From Candidatus Latescibacterota bacterium (GTDB taxonomy: Bacteria > Latescibacterota > UBA2968 > UBA8231), in contig OZ241362.1 in the NCBI GenBank assembly GCA_965200315.1, positions 2,464,001 through 2,528,000 of the forward strand: a DNA stretch of 64,000 nt. The letters are read 5' to 3'. The notes below the pieces were generated by a model, which ran no database searches, was not told where the DNA came from, and worked only from the letters and a program-made list of their open reading frames with translations. Shown here piece by piece: positions 37,978 to 47,219 of this stretch. The position numbers and the translations under genes are program-made. Each line of letters starts with the position of its first letter. The stretch's first letter is position 1.

Positions 37978-39093
37978 TTAGTCCTTCTTTTGGGCCAAGA
38001 CTTGGGCCATGTACGGCTGATGGCCTAAGATCGGTTTTTTGTTGTACATCCGCGAGGGATTGGGAATGAGGCGCAGACTGCGGTCGGCCAGCGGCAGTGC
38101 CACCGGCACACATCCCCGCCGGTGCGACTCGCGCACCGCAATGGCCATTTCGAGGACCTTGACGCCGTTCTCGCCGCTGCCCGGCGGGTCTTCACCCCGC
38201 TCCAGTGCGTCGATAATGGCCTTGCAACTAGCCTTGTTGCGGTCCCCAGGCCAGCGCCAGCCCTCGGCGTCGTACCCGCGCTCTCCGCCGTAGATCGGCC
38301 CTTCCGGCAAGACGCCCTCGATTTTTTTTAACTTCTCCCAACTCGCCCCATCGCCTTCGACGTAGCGGTACAAGCCTGCGAGATTGTCGTCTGCGTAGAA
38401 GACTCCGCCCTCACAGGCCACCTCGTAGCCGCGGCCCCGCGCATCCTTGTCGCGGTAGATAAACGCCTCAATTCCATTGGTGAAGCGCACGTATCCAGCC
38501 CCGCCTTGGTCGTGTTCGCTCAGTGGATCGTCGCTGACCCAGCCCGACACCCACGCCACCTCGGCACAGCCAGCAAAGTGGCGCATCAGCGTAAAGCGCT
38601 GGCAGCCGCCACCCGACATCTCCGTGCCCGACCCGCCGAGCAAGGTGATGCGCTTTACCGCTCCTAATTCGCCCGCACCAATGAACTTTAGGGCCTCTTG
38701 ATAGGCCGGCAAGTTGACGTCCAAGTCGCCTGCGCCAAAGGGGATGCGCCGGTGCTTGCACTCGGCGACCATGCGGTCGGCTTCTGAGAGTGAGGCCGCA
38801 ATCGGCTTTTCGCAGAGGATGGCCTGAACCCCGGCTTGAGCGCAGGCGATGACGACCTCCGGGTTGGCACTGACCGGCAGAATCGGCGCGGCAATGTCGA
38901 GCACCTCTTTTTTTAGCATCTGGCGATAATCGGCATAGCCGGGTATGCCCGTGCGCTTTTGAAACAACGCCAAATTCTCTGGGTCTCCATCGGCCACGGC
39001 CACTAACTCCGTGCGTTCGTCGAGCATATAGGCGCGTGCGTGCTGCGTACCTTTGCGCCCAGCCCCGATCAACCCCACGCGATATTTAGCCAT
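37978..39093 (-). CDS. Gfo/Idh/MocA oxidoreductase
   Basis: MAKYRVGLIGAG and CEKPIA; AGGAGG RBS. Confidence 0.88.
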   Translation of the reverse strand: MAKYRVGLIGAGRKGTQHARAYMLDERTELVAVADGDPENLALFQKRTGIPGYADYRQMLKKEVLDIAAPILPVSANPEVVIACAQAGVQAILCEKPIAASLSEADRMVAECKHRRIPFGAGDLDVNLPAYQEALKFIGAGELGAVKRITLLGGSGTEMSGGGCQRFTLMRHFAGCAEVAWVSGWVSDDPLSEHDQGGAGYVRFTNGIEAFIYRDKDARGRGYEVACEGGVFYADDNLAGLYRYVEGDGASWEKLKKIEGVLPEGPIYGGERGYDAEGWRWPGDRNKASCKAIIDALERGEDPPGSGENGVKVLEMAIAVRESHRRGCVPVALPLADRSLRLIPNPSRMYNKKPILGHQPYMAQVLAQKKD

Positions 39094-39125
39094 CGTCGGA
39101 ATCCTCCTTAGATATAGTCCATTTC

Positions 39126-40289
39126 TTAGCCGCTCCGCCCTGTCCGCGCCCACAGCAACCCCAGCGTCACCGCCACTGCCACCAACAAGGGCACCGCCAA
39201 GTGATTGAGCCTATTCCAACCCAACATACCCTCCAAAGGGGCCGCCCCGAAACTGGTCAACACCATCAGGCCAAAGACTAGAAAGTCATTGCACGATTGT
39301 ACCCGCGCCTTTTCCTCGGGCCGGTGCGTCATCGCCAACAGCGACGTTGACCCAACGAAAAGAAAATTCCACCCCACTCCCAATAGTGCCAACCCAGCCG
39401 TGTAGTGATAGAGCCCAACACCACTCAAATTGACCGCAATGGAGCACCCAAGCAACGCAATGCCGGCGAACATGATCTGGTGCTCGCCCCAACGCACGAT
39501 TAGGTGTCCAGTAAAAAAAGACGGCACGTACATGCCCAACACATGCCACTGAATAACCCAAGCCGTATCGGCAAAGGAATGCAAATGCCGCTTCATCGCC
39601 AGCGGCGTGGCATTCATCAACAGTGACATCAGCCCCCAAGCAGCCACCGCCCCGATCACTGCCAGTGCGAAATCCGCCTGCCGCGCAATCTCCCGGAGCG
39701 AACGCCCCCCCGCCCGCTGCTCTTCGGCGCTAGGCGCGGGAAAGGAGACAAAGCAGAGCACCGGCAAAACTAGCGCATGAACGGCGGCAATCCCTAAAAA
39801 AGAGCCAGCGAATAGATAGTCGGGAAACCACTCCCGCGACCACGCCGCCAGATTGGAGCCCGATATTGCGGCAATGACGCCCCCGGCCATCACCAGCGAA
39901 ATAGCGCGACTGCGAAAATCCTCGGCGACTACCTCGCCAGCGGCAAAGCGATAATAGGTGGCAAAGCCATTGACCGCACCAATGCCCAACCCACCCAAAC
40001 AAAGCAGCGCAAAATTGCCTTGGTACACGGCCAGACACCCCACCGCACCTCCGAGGATGCCCAACGCCGCACCCAAAGCAAAACCGAGCTTGCGGCCGCG
40101 CCGCTGCATTAGCTGCGCCGCGGGCACCGTCATTATCATCGTGGCCACCGGCGCCAGTGCCAACGGCAGGGTCGCCAGCGTGGGATTGGGCGTCAACCGC
40201 TGGCCGATGAGCGCCATGCTCGAAAGCATGACGAGACTGGCGGTGCGCGAGAGGGCCTCGCATAAAAAGAGCAGCGAAAGATTTTGCAC
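39126..40289 (-). CDS. MFS transporter
   Basis: About 12 hydrophobic segments; YRFAA, IQWHVLGMYVPSFFTG and GVGWNF. Confidence 0.9.
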   Translation of the reverse strand: MQNLSLLFLCEALSRTASLVMLSSMALIGQRLTPNPTLATLPLALAPVATMIMTVPAAQLMQRRGRKLGFALGAALGILGGAVGCLAVYQGNFALLCLGGLGIGAVNGFATYYRFAAGEVVAEDFRSRAISLVMAGGVIAAISGSNLAAWSREWFPDYLFAGSFLGIAAVHALVLPVLCFVSFPAPSAEEQRAGGRSLREIARQADFALAVIGAVAAWGLMSLLMNATPLAMKRHLHSFADTAWVIQWHVLGMYVPSFFTGHLIVRWGEHQIMFAGIALLGCSIAVNLSGVGLYHYTAGLALLGVGWNFLFVGSTSLLAMTHRPEEKARVQSCNDFLVFGLMVLTSFGAAPLEGMLGWNRLNHLAVPLLVAVAVTLGLLWARTGRSG

Positions 40290-40319
40290 GCTAGTCAGGC
40301 CAGGCGGCCCCGTCGGTGA

Positions 40320-41378
40320 TTATTTTCTGCGCCGCGTCTCCACCGCTGCGGCCAATTCCTCCAACACCTCCACCGTATCCTCCCACCCAATACAGGCATC
40401 GGTAATGCTCTGCCCATAAACCAACTCCGTGCCTGCCTGCTGTTTCTGGTTGCCCTCGATCAGGTGGCTTTCCAGCATCATCCCGAAAACATCCTGCGTC
40501 CCTCCCGCCACCTGCGCGGCAACCGCGTGTGCAACCGCCGGCTGGCGCTTGTGATCTTTGGCGCTGTTGCCGTGGCTGCAATCGATCATCACGCGATGTG
40601 GCAAGCCCGCCTCTTTGAGCTGGGCCGCGGCCGCGTCGACGCTGGCGTGATCGCAATTGGGGCCATCGCTGCCGCCGCGCAAAATCAGATGACAACTCGC
40701 ATTGCCCGAAGTCCCAACAATCGCCGCAATGCCTTGCTTGGTCACCGAAAGAAAGTGATGCGGATGTCGGGCGGCATCGATGGCGTCGCGGGCAATCTGC
40801 ACATTGCCCGCGGTCCCATTCTTGAAGCCAACGGGCATCGACAGCCCAGAAGCCAATTCGCGGTGAACCTGACTTTCCGTAGTGCGAGCACCAATGGCAC
40901 CCCAAGCAATCAAGTCGGCGATAAATTGCGGCGTGATGGTATCGAGGAATTCGGAACCGGCCGGCAAGCCCATATCCCCCAACTGCACCAGCAGGCCGCG
41001 GGCGGCACGCAAGCCGCTATTGATATTGAAGCTGTCGTCCAAATGCGGGTCGTTGATCAACCCCTTCCAGCCAACGGTCGTGCGCGGCTTCTCGAAATAC
41101 ACGCGCATCACCACGTACAACTCGTCGCTTAGGGCCGCAGCCTTTTCCTTGAGCCGTTCTGCGTATTCGAGCGCGGCTTGGGGGTCGTGAATCGAACATG
41201 GGCCGACCACTACCACCAGCCGGTCGTCCTCTCCGGCCAGTATAGCGTCTAATGCGCGCCGGGCCGCAGCCACGGTATGGGAGGCCGCTTCCGAAACGGG
41301 CAATTCTTCCATCAAAATCGCCGGAGGGATCAAGGGTTTAAGTTGGTTGATGCGTAGATCGTCAGTTGATTCAAACAA
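40320..41378 (-). CDS. aroF: Class I DAHP synthase (AroF/G/H type)
   Basis: GPCSIHD, RVYFEKPRT, GARTTESQVHR, DCSHGNS and SITDAC. The isoenzyme letter is arbitrary. Confidence 0.93.
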   Translation of the reverse strand: MFESTDDLRINQLKPLIPPAILMEELPVSEAASHTVAAARRALDAILAGEDDRLVVVVGPCSIHDPQAALEYAERLKEKAAALSDELYVVMRVYFEKPRTTVGWKGLINDPHLDDSFNINSGLRAARGLLVQLGDMGLPAGSEFLDTITPQFIADLIAWGAIGARTTESQVHRELASGLSMPVGFKNGTAGNVQIARDAIDAARHPHHFLSVTKQGIAAIVGTSGNASCHLILRGGSDGPNCDHASVDAAAAQLKEAGLPHRVMIDCSHGNSAKDHKRQPAVAHAVAAQVAGGTQDVFGMMLESHLIEGNQKQQAGTELVYGQSITDACIGWEDTVEVLEELAAAVETRRRK

Positions 41379-41403
41379 GTCTTTCTACTCCTTACTAACT
41401 AAT

Positions 41404-41557
41404 TGATGTTACGCAGGTCTTGGGCTGGGCCTGCCTTTCCTGCAAGGACGATTAGGACCCCGTACCCTAAGCCTGCGTAGCGTCGGCTTCGGTTCCCCCT
41501 TCCGCTTCGGAAGGGGGGCTCGTTCCTAGACTGCACAACGTCAGGTACTAAGCAGTC
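41404..41557 (-). ncRNA. Structured RNA / cis-regulatory leader candidate upstream of the DAHP synthase
   Basis: About 200-nt intergenic region with several stems and alternative pairings (see findings); family not recognised. Confidence 0.5.
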
Positions 41558-41584
41558 ATATATATTCACGCGCCGCTCGCCCCC

Positions 41585-42808
41585 CTAACCACCCGGCACC
41601 CAACCCAAAGCGGTAAAATTCTTGCCGGTGAGGCTCCGCATAAAGCGCGCCCGCTCGCGCGCTTCCTCTAGCTCCTCGCGCAGGTCTTCCGGCCGATGTG
41701 CCCGGCCCCGACGCACGGTCAATACCGGCTCGATTTTGCGATTGCCCTGCTCGCGCCGGCCGCGCACGTCTTGGAACTCGAACGTCCCCTCCAGCACCTC
41801 AAACGCCGCCAGATCCGCCACCGTCCCCTCCCGCAGAGTACCTAACTCCTCGCCGCGCCCGATGGCGTCAGCCGCCGCGGCCGTGCTCTGTTGCACGACG
41901 CGCTCCAGCGGCACTCCCAAGTTGAGCAACTTCGACGCGGTCTCCGGCATACTCTCGATCGGGCTGTCCCAGCTATGCGCGTGCAAATCCGTGCTAATCA
42001 CATCGGCGATAAAACCGTCAGCCAGTGCCTGTATTGCGATCCCGTAGTCAAAACTGCCGCCGCCGTGCCCCACGTCGAAGAGCACCCCCCGCTCCCGCGC
42101 TTCCCACACCTGCGGCACCACCGTCCCTGAGTCGTCTACCACGCAGTCTCCCGTGCCTTGATAACAATGGGTCACCACATCGCTGGGCCGCAGCAGGGCG
42201 AGCACCTCCACAATCGGCACCCCTCGGGCGATGTGTACCATCACCGGCACCCCCGCCCACTCGGCCGCCTGCACCGCCAACTGCAAGGGTTTGGTCCCAT
42301 TCTCGCCGACTTGGAACCCGCCCTGCCGCACCTTGACGCCGACGCAGTGCTCCTGCCAATGATGGGCCACAAACGCCGTGCGCTCTGGATCGCCGTACTG
42401 CAAATCGACCATCTCCCCCACCGGCCCACAGGTCAAACCAATCGCCGAAATATGCACGTACGCCAAAACTTGGGTCCGCGCCGGCTCGATCACGTAATCG
42501 ACAAATCCCTCAAAGTTGGCCCACCCCGCGCTGCCAGCATCGACGATTGTCGTCACGCCCGTGGCCAAGCACAGCGCATCGCCGCGGATCCCCCAAGTCG
42601 TGCAGCCGGCGTAGAGGTGCGCGTGGATATCGATCCATCCCGGCGTCAGGAGCTTGCCGGACAGGTCGATCATCTCCGCCGCTGGGGCCGTTATCTCCTC
42701 GGCCACTGCGGCGATCTGCTCCCCGACGATCCCCACGTCGCGGATCCCGTCCACGCCCTGCGCCGGGTCCATCACCCGTGCGCCCTTTAACAACAGATCG
42801 TAGGCCAT
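41585..42808 (-). CDS. Amidohydrolase/deacetylase (dihydroorotase-like) metallohydrolase
   Basis: PGWIDIHAH, VDAGSAG, FDVGHGGGSF and ISTDLH. Confidence 0.9.
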   Translation of the reverse strand: MAYDLLLKGARVMDPAQGVDGIRDVGIVGEQIAAVAEEITAPAAEMIDLSGKLLTPGWIDIHAHLYAGCTTWGIRGDALCLATGVTTIVDAGSAGWANFEGFVDYVIEPARTQVLAYVHISAIGLTCGPVGEMVDLQYGDPERTAFVAHHWQEHCVGVKVRQGGFQVGENGTKPLQLAVQAAEWAGVPVMVHIARGVPIVEVLALLRPSDVVTHCYQGTGDCVVDDSGTVVPQVWEARERGVLFDVGHGGGSFDYGIAIQALADGFIADVISTDLHAHSWDSPIESMPETASKLLNLGVPLERVVQQSTAAAADAIGRGEELGTLREGTVADLAAFEVLEGTFEFQDVRGRREQGNRKIEPVLTVRRGRAHRPEDLREELEEARERARFMRSLTGKNFTALGWVPGG

Positions 42809-42901
42809 TTCCCTTTCTCCATTAAACCACTGCGGCTGCTTGACACGCCTAGTCCCAAACCCGTATATAATTCGCTTTTTTACCTCAACCAGAGAGCCAT
42901 C

Positions 42902-43903
42902 ATGGGAAACACTCCACCTGCCGAAGGCCTCCGCATCCCAGCCGCTGCCTTGCGCCAACTCACCGCCGACTTTTTCCACAAGGCCGGCACCAACTTGGCC
43001 GACTCCCAGCTCCTCGCCGACCTTTTGACTGCCACCGACCTGCGCGGCGTCCACAGCCACGGCACTTGGCAGGTCCCTGGGTACGTGCATCTGATGCTCG
43101 AAGGCCGCGTCAATCCCCGCCCTAATATAAAGGTGACCCGTTCGACCACCACTGCCCGCGTCTATGACGGCGATGGCGGCATGGGGCATTTTCCCTGCCA
43201 CCAAGCCATGACTTGGGTAGCTGAGACGGCCGCGGAGTACGGCACGGCCGCGGCCACCACCCGCAACCACTTCCACTTTGGCAGCGCCGGCAAGTACTCG
43301 CGGATAGCCGCCGCGGCCGGCTGCGTGGGGATCGCCATCTCCTCGCACCGCTATGACCTGCCGCCGGACTCGCTAGTCAAACGCGTCAACGCCACCTCGC
43401 CTATTAGCATCGCCTTCCCCAATGGGGAGCAACCGCCCCTCGTGCTCGACATGGGCGCACACATGCTGCCCTGGGGCGAGGAACTCTTCGCTCAGATCCC
43501 CTTCGCCTTCTTCAAGGAGCTGGGCATCGGCGCGGTAAACCGGGCACTAGGCGGCGTGCTAGCCGGGATTTACCTGCCGCAATTTATCCCGCCGACATCG
43601 CCTTGGGAATCCAACCAAGGGGCCTTCCTCGCCGCCTTTGACGTGCGCGCCTTTATGCCTTTAGAAGAATTCCAAGCGCAGATGGACGAGTTCGTTGCTG
43701 CCGCGCGCAACATGCGGCCCTTTCCCGGCCTCGACCGCGCCGAGCTGCCCGGCAATCTGGAGTGGGAACGGGAGCGCGAGTACGCCTGCCACGGCATACC
43801 CATCAGCCCCCAACAACAACAGCACCTTCAGGACTTGGCCGACGAACTGGGAGTGCCCACTCCCTTCGCCTCCTACGAACACACTCGCTTTACTGCCCCT
43901 TAG
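42902..43903 (+). CDS. Ldh_2 (malate/L-lactate dehydrogenase) family oxidoreductase
   Basis: DLRGVHSHG, HFHFGSAG, LDMG and LPG. Confidence 0.88.
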   Translation: MGNTPPAEGLRIPAAALRQLTADFFHKAGTNLADSQLLADLLTATDLRGVHSHGTWQVPGYVHLMLEGRVNPRPNIKVTRSTTTARVYDGDGGMGHFPCHQAMTWVAETAAEYGTAAATTRNHFHFGSAGKYSRIAAAAGCVGIAISSHRYDLPPDSLVKRVNATSPISIAFPNGEQPPLVLDMGAHMLPWGEELFAQIPFAFFKELGIGAVNRALGGVLAGIYLPQFIPPTSPWESNQGAFLAAFDVRAFMPLEEFQAQMDEFVAAARNMRPFPGLDRAELPGNLEWEREREYACHGIPISPQQQQHLQDLADELGVPTPFASYEHTRFTAP

Positions 43904-43917
43904 AAGAAGAGGAAGAG

Positions 43918-44916
43918 ATGACCCAACCCCGCATCCTGTCCAGCGTCGAGATCGAATTTCAAGGCCAAAGCCAAGCCCGCGAGCTTATTGAGCGCGCCGG
44001 CTTTGCCGTTGAGGTCCGGCACCCCCAACCCGGCTGGCCCGACGAGGAAACGCGCACCAAGCTAGACGGTTGCGACGCGCTACTGGCCGGTGGCGAAAAC
44101 CTCAACGCCGCCACTATGGACCAAGCAGCACAGCTCAAGATCATCGCCCGCAACGGCGTCGGTTTCGACAAGGTCGACCTCGATTACTGCACTCAGCGCG
44201 GCATCGTCGTCACCAATACTCCAGGTGCCATGGCCGACGCAGTGGCCGACCTGACCTTGGCCCTGCTCCTCGGGCTGGTGCGCTCGCTCAAGTTAGGCGA
44301 CCAGCGGGTCAAAACGGAAGACACCTACGACGTTCCGGTCGGCGAAGACTTGTGCGCCATGACCTTGGGGCTAGTCGGCTGTGGCCGCATCGGCGCCGAG
44401 GTCGTGCGCCGCGCTTGTGGTTTTAAGATGCGGGTCTTGGTCCACGACCCCTATATCGACGACGCGCAAATCCGCGCCTTCGGTGCCGAGCCTGCCGACC
44501 GCGCCGCCCTTCTGTCCCAAGCCGACGCCGTCACCTTGCACCTGCCGCTGACCGAGGAAAACCGCCACCTCGTCAATGCCGAGTTCCTCGGCCTTATGAA
44601 AGAAGGGGCCTACCTGATCAACACCGCCCGCGGCGGTTTAGTGGACGAGGCTGCCCTGATCGCCGCGCTCGACAGCGGCCATCTAGCCGGTGCGGGCCTC
44701 GATTGCCAAGCCACCGAGCCGCCGCAAGGCCAATCCCTTGAACTGGTCTGCCGCAACAAGGTGCTGGCCCTGCCCCACACCGGCTCCAAGACCCTAAGTG
44801 CCCGCAAGCGCATGGCCCTCGTCGCCGCGCAGAGCATCGTCGCGCTGTTGCAGGGCAGAGTCCCCGATCACGTGGTCAACAAAGAAGTGCTGGATAGGTT
44901 GGATTTGGCGGGATAG
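43918..44916 (+). CDS. D-2-hydroxyacid (phosphoglycerate-like) dehydrogenase
   Basis: RNGVGFD, GCGRIG, INTARG and PHTGS. Confidence 0.9.
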   Translation: MTQPRILSSVEIEFQGQSQARELIERAGFAVEVRHPQPGWPDEETRTKLDGCDALLAGGENLNAATMDQAAQLKIIARNGVGFDKVDLDYCTQRGIVVTNTPGAMADAVADLTLALLLGLVRSLKLGDQRVKTEDTYDVPVGEDLCAMTLGLVGCGRIGAEVVRRACGFKMRVLVHDPYIDDAQIRAFGAEPADRAALLSQADAVTLHLPLTEENRHLVNAEFLGLMKEGAYLINTARGGLVDEAALIAALDSGHLAGAGLDCQATEPPQGQSLELVCRNKVLALPHTGSKTLSARKRMALVAAQSIVALLQGRVPDHVVNKEVLDRLDLAG

Positions 44917-44979
44917 TGGGGAACGGCGAGGGCGAGGATGTCGGGAATATTGTCACAGCACTCTCCTCGTCCTAGATCG

Positions 44980-45006
44980 ATAATATACCATTTAATGGTA
45001 TATTAT
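44980..45006 (+). promoter_or_regulatory. Palindromic operator overlapping an extended -10 of the TA operon
   Basis: ATAATATACCATT-T-AATGGTATATTAT perfect 13-bp inverted repeat; TGnTATATT just before ATG 45014. Confidence 0.7.
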
Positions 45007-45013
45007 TTTAACC

Positions 45014-45422
45014 ATGCCATAGACAGTTTACCTGACCCAAAGAGCGTATAAGCAACTGGCGAAGCTACCGCAGAGGCTCTGGGACTTGGCCGACCTTGCA
45101 GTGGCTGACATGGAAGAACAGGGTATTAATCCACAAAGCTGGGACACTCTGAAAACCGATGATAACGAGTATCACTTGCGTCTAAACCATCGTTGCGGCG
45201 GTTGAGTGTCTTAGGTACTTGGGTGCTTGGTGGTTAGTGCGTACGTCCTTGGGGGCCCGGCCCGCAGGCCGGCCTGCGGCCGAGACGACCGCGCACCCAG
45301 CCAAGCACCGTAGCTCACGAATAATGTAGGACGGCTATAGAGTGCGCTATCGCGTCCCGGATAGGCAGACCTTGGAAATTGAAGTGTTATATATTGGGCA
45401 CCGACGGGCGGCATACAGATGA
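45014..45422 (+). pseudogene. RelE/ParE/HigB-type toxin, interrupted
   Basis: MP*TVYLTQRAYKQLAKLP...YHLRLNHR | YRVRYRV..IEVLYIGHRRAAYR. Codon 3 is TAG, and removing the 142-bp insertion leaves an 89-codon frame. Confidence 0.85.
45193..45334 (+). mobile_element. 142-bp non-autonomous element with IS607-like ends
   Basis: Splits the relE codon CG|C with no target duplication; tandem TTRRGTRC-like repeats at the left end; ends in ACGG; long internal hairpin. Confidence 0.65.
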
Positions 45423-45476
45423 ATCAAGCATTGGAAATCCATCACGACCTAGCTGACGCAATCGTCAAACCCAGTG
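45419..45476 (+). pseudogene. Probable antitoxin N-terminus, truncated by the adjacent cassette
   Basis: ATGA overlap with the relE stop; MNQALEIHHDLADAIVKP then runs into the antisense of gene 45477..46057. Confidence 0.45.
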
Positions 45477-46057
45477 TCACAGTGAACCAAAAACGGCTAA
45501 AGTCTTTTGAGCATGTCTCTCCAACATTGCACCGTATGATGGCCAATTTGGAGGAAGAAGCTCCAAGTCCACCAGCCGACCTTCCAATTGAGCTTTATTA
45601 AAGCAGAACCTCTCTGCCGTTTCTACGAATGACTCAACCAACTCGCAGCTATCAAACTCTTCTACACTAAACGGATAGTTGTCGAACATCGCCAAGACGT
45701 CCCTTGGAGTTGACCGGCGACCTCTCACAAATTCCCGCTTCGACCACACCCTCGTTTTCTCGCACGCACGAGAATCAAAACTGATAGACGTCAGTTCTAC
45801 CAGGGGGCTGCTCCGGTATTGAGCACGAGTACAAGATCGATATCAGATAGCGCGTTTAGAAGGGCTAGGTGCAACGGCATCTCGGGATTACCGAGAACAT
45901 CTTCACCTAATTTGGCCAGCGCGTAGCCATGATCTATAAGGCGGGACACGATCTGCCGACGCTTCTTCAAGTCGGGTGGCTGCGCTTCTCCCGGACCTAG
46001 GACGACTATCCTCAGGTTCTCACGTCGCAGCAGCCTAGCATACGGGTCGGCGTTCAA
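45477..46057 (-). pseudogene. Nucleoside-deoxyribosyltransferase/TIR-like fold protein with a 1-nt frameshift
   Basis: Track ORFs 45797..46057 and 45477..45749 join by adding one C in the C5 run (45803-45807): RIVVLGPG...DLVLVLNTGAAP|LVELTSIS. Confidence 0.6.
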
Positions 46058-46536
46058 ACTTTGGAGCTAGCCTGCTCGTCCATGGAGGACTCAGCAAGCA
46101 ACTTGTCGCCGTACTCGCTGAGCCTGATCCGGGTGGGGCTCGCCTCGCACAAGTTGGCTCCAGCCAAGCGCACTACGGACCTGAGAGCATCGTGCGGCTC
46201 ACCTTCAATCATATTCGGCAGCTCTTCCCACCTAATTGATGTCTTGCGGTCTAAAGCGTCTAGCAACTGTCGAGCGGTCGGGTCCAGATACACCGCGGCT
46301 AAGCGCTCTTGGTTTTGTCGCTCCAACTTCTGCATTTCTACAAACCACCTTGCTAATGCCGATAAATCCACTCGGCCAGAGACGACAGGGACCTCCACAT
46401 CAGAACCGCTGTTTCTGAACACATCCCATCGAAGCGAAAAGTGGGGGAAGGAAGTTGGCTGCTCAAAGTAGTCTGACGAACCCGTCTCTAAGTCTATACC
46501 TGACCACTCAGTGGGGACAACAGGGGAGATAGTCAT
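46054..46536 (-). CDS. Hypothetical protein with a C-terminal winged helix-like region
   Basis: ATG just after the upstream stop; ARQLLDAL...VVRLAGANL...IRLSEYGDKLL; TTGA overlap with the next gene. Confidence 0.65.
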   Translation of the reverse strand: MTISPVVPTEWSGIDLETGSSDYFEQPTSFPHFSLRWDVFRNSGSDVEVPVVSGRVDLSALARWFVEMQKLERQNQERLAAVYLDPTARQLLDALDRKTSIRWEELPNMIEGEPHDALRSVVRLAGANLCEASPTRIRLSEYGDKLLAESSMDEQASSKV

Positions 46537-46538
46537 GG

Positions 46539-47219
46539 CTAACGCCCTTCTCGTGGTTTGAGGATTTTCGTTAAGACCCTTATAAAATCGTGGTATTCTT
46601 GGTCTAAAGCTTGTGCGAGCCACTCTGCCGGAGGTATTTCGTCTCCTAGCTTTATATGAACATTCAGATTAGCCAAGTAGTTTCGGCCTTCGTATAGGTT
46701 CTCTCGGGGCTCAATGCGGAGATCGTATCGTCTATCGCGGGCGGCATACCAGAACCTTGCGGATGCACCCATGATGTCGTACCCGGTATCCCCAAGCACC
46801 TCTTCCTGCACAAGACATCTTAGAAGCATCTTGCTCGGCAGTTCCTCATCTTCAGGTTCCGCTTCAATATGGAAATTGAGACCAACTGCCGCGTAGCCTC
46901 GTTTGCTCTGATTACCGATGTATTCGGCAATTCGGACTACGCGGCTGGGAAAATCTGTCCGCACTGGCATCTCAGCACTTCCATCGTCAAAGTCCATTCT
47001 GTTTGGCCTGATGGTGACAGTGATTTGGTTGCGCATACTTGACAGGACGAGCCCGTCATCAGAGGGACGTCGCTCTGGCGCGTCAATGAATTGACTCAAA
47101 CCCATTAGATCGACCCCAAGTAGCAGTCCCATCTCCTGCCCAACGAACACTCCTGTGGGGCCACCTGCCACGTAAACTACTACTGTCTTTAGCTTCTTGA
47201 CTGAGTCTAGTGCGATCAA
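46539..47219 (-). CDS. Hypothetical protein (possibly TIGR04255-like)
   Basis: 226 aa, lower GC; AVGLNF and NLNVH motifs; first gene of a coupled three-gene run. Confidence 0.6.
   Translation of the reverse strand: MIALDSVKKLKTVVVYVAGGPTGVFVGQEMGLLLGVDLMGLSQFIDAPERRPSDDGLVLSSMRNQITVTIRPNRMDFDDGSAEMPVRTDFPSRVVRIAEYIGNQSKRGYAAVGLNFHIEAEPEDEELPSKMLLRCLVQEEVLGDTGYDIMGASARFWYAARDRRYDLRIEPRENLYEGRNYLANLNVHIKLGDEIPPAEWLAQALDQEYHDFIRVLTKILKPREGR

Noticed and set aside
41495-41517. GC hairpin as a terminator for the amidohydrolase gene
   Set aside because: No U-tract follows on the minus strand; I treated it as part of the structured leader.
41585-43348. 587-aa minus ORF overlapping the Ldh_2 gene
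   Set aside because: Amidohydrolase similarity begins at ATG 42808; the extension is antisense shadow.
45193-45334. Insert as a group II or group I intron, or a retron ncRNA
   Set aside because: It starts TTGCG but is far too short. It has no domain V or AY 3' end, no group I core, and no reverse transcriptase nearby.
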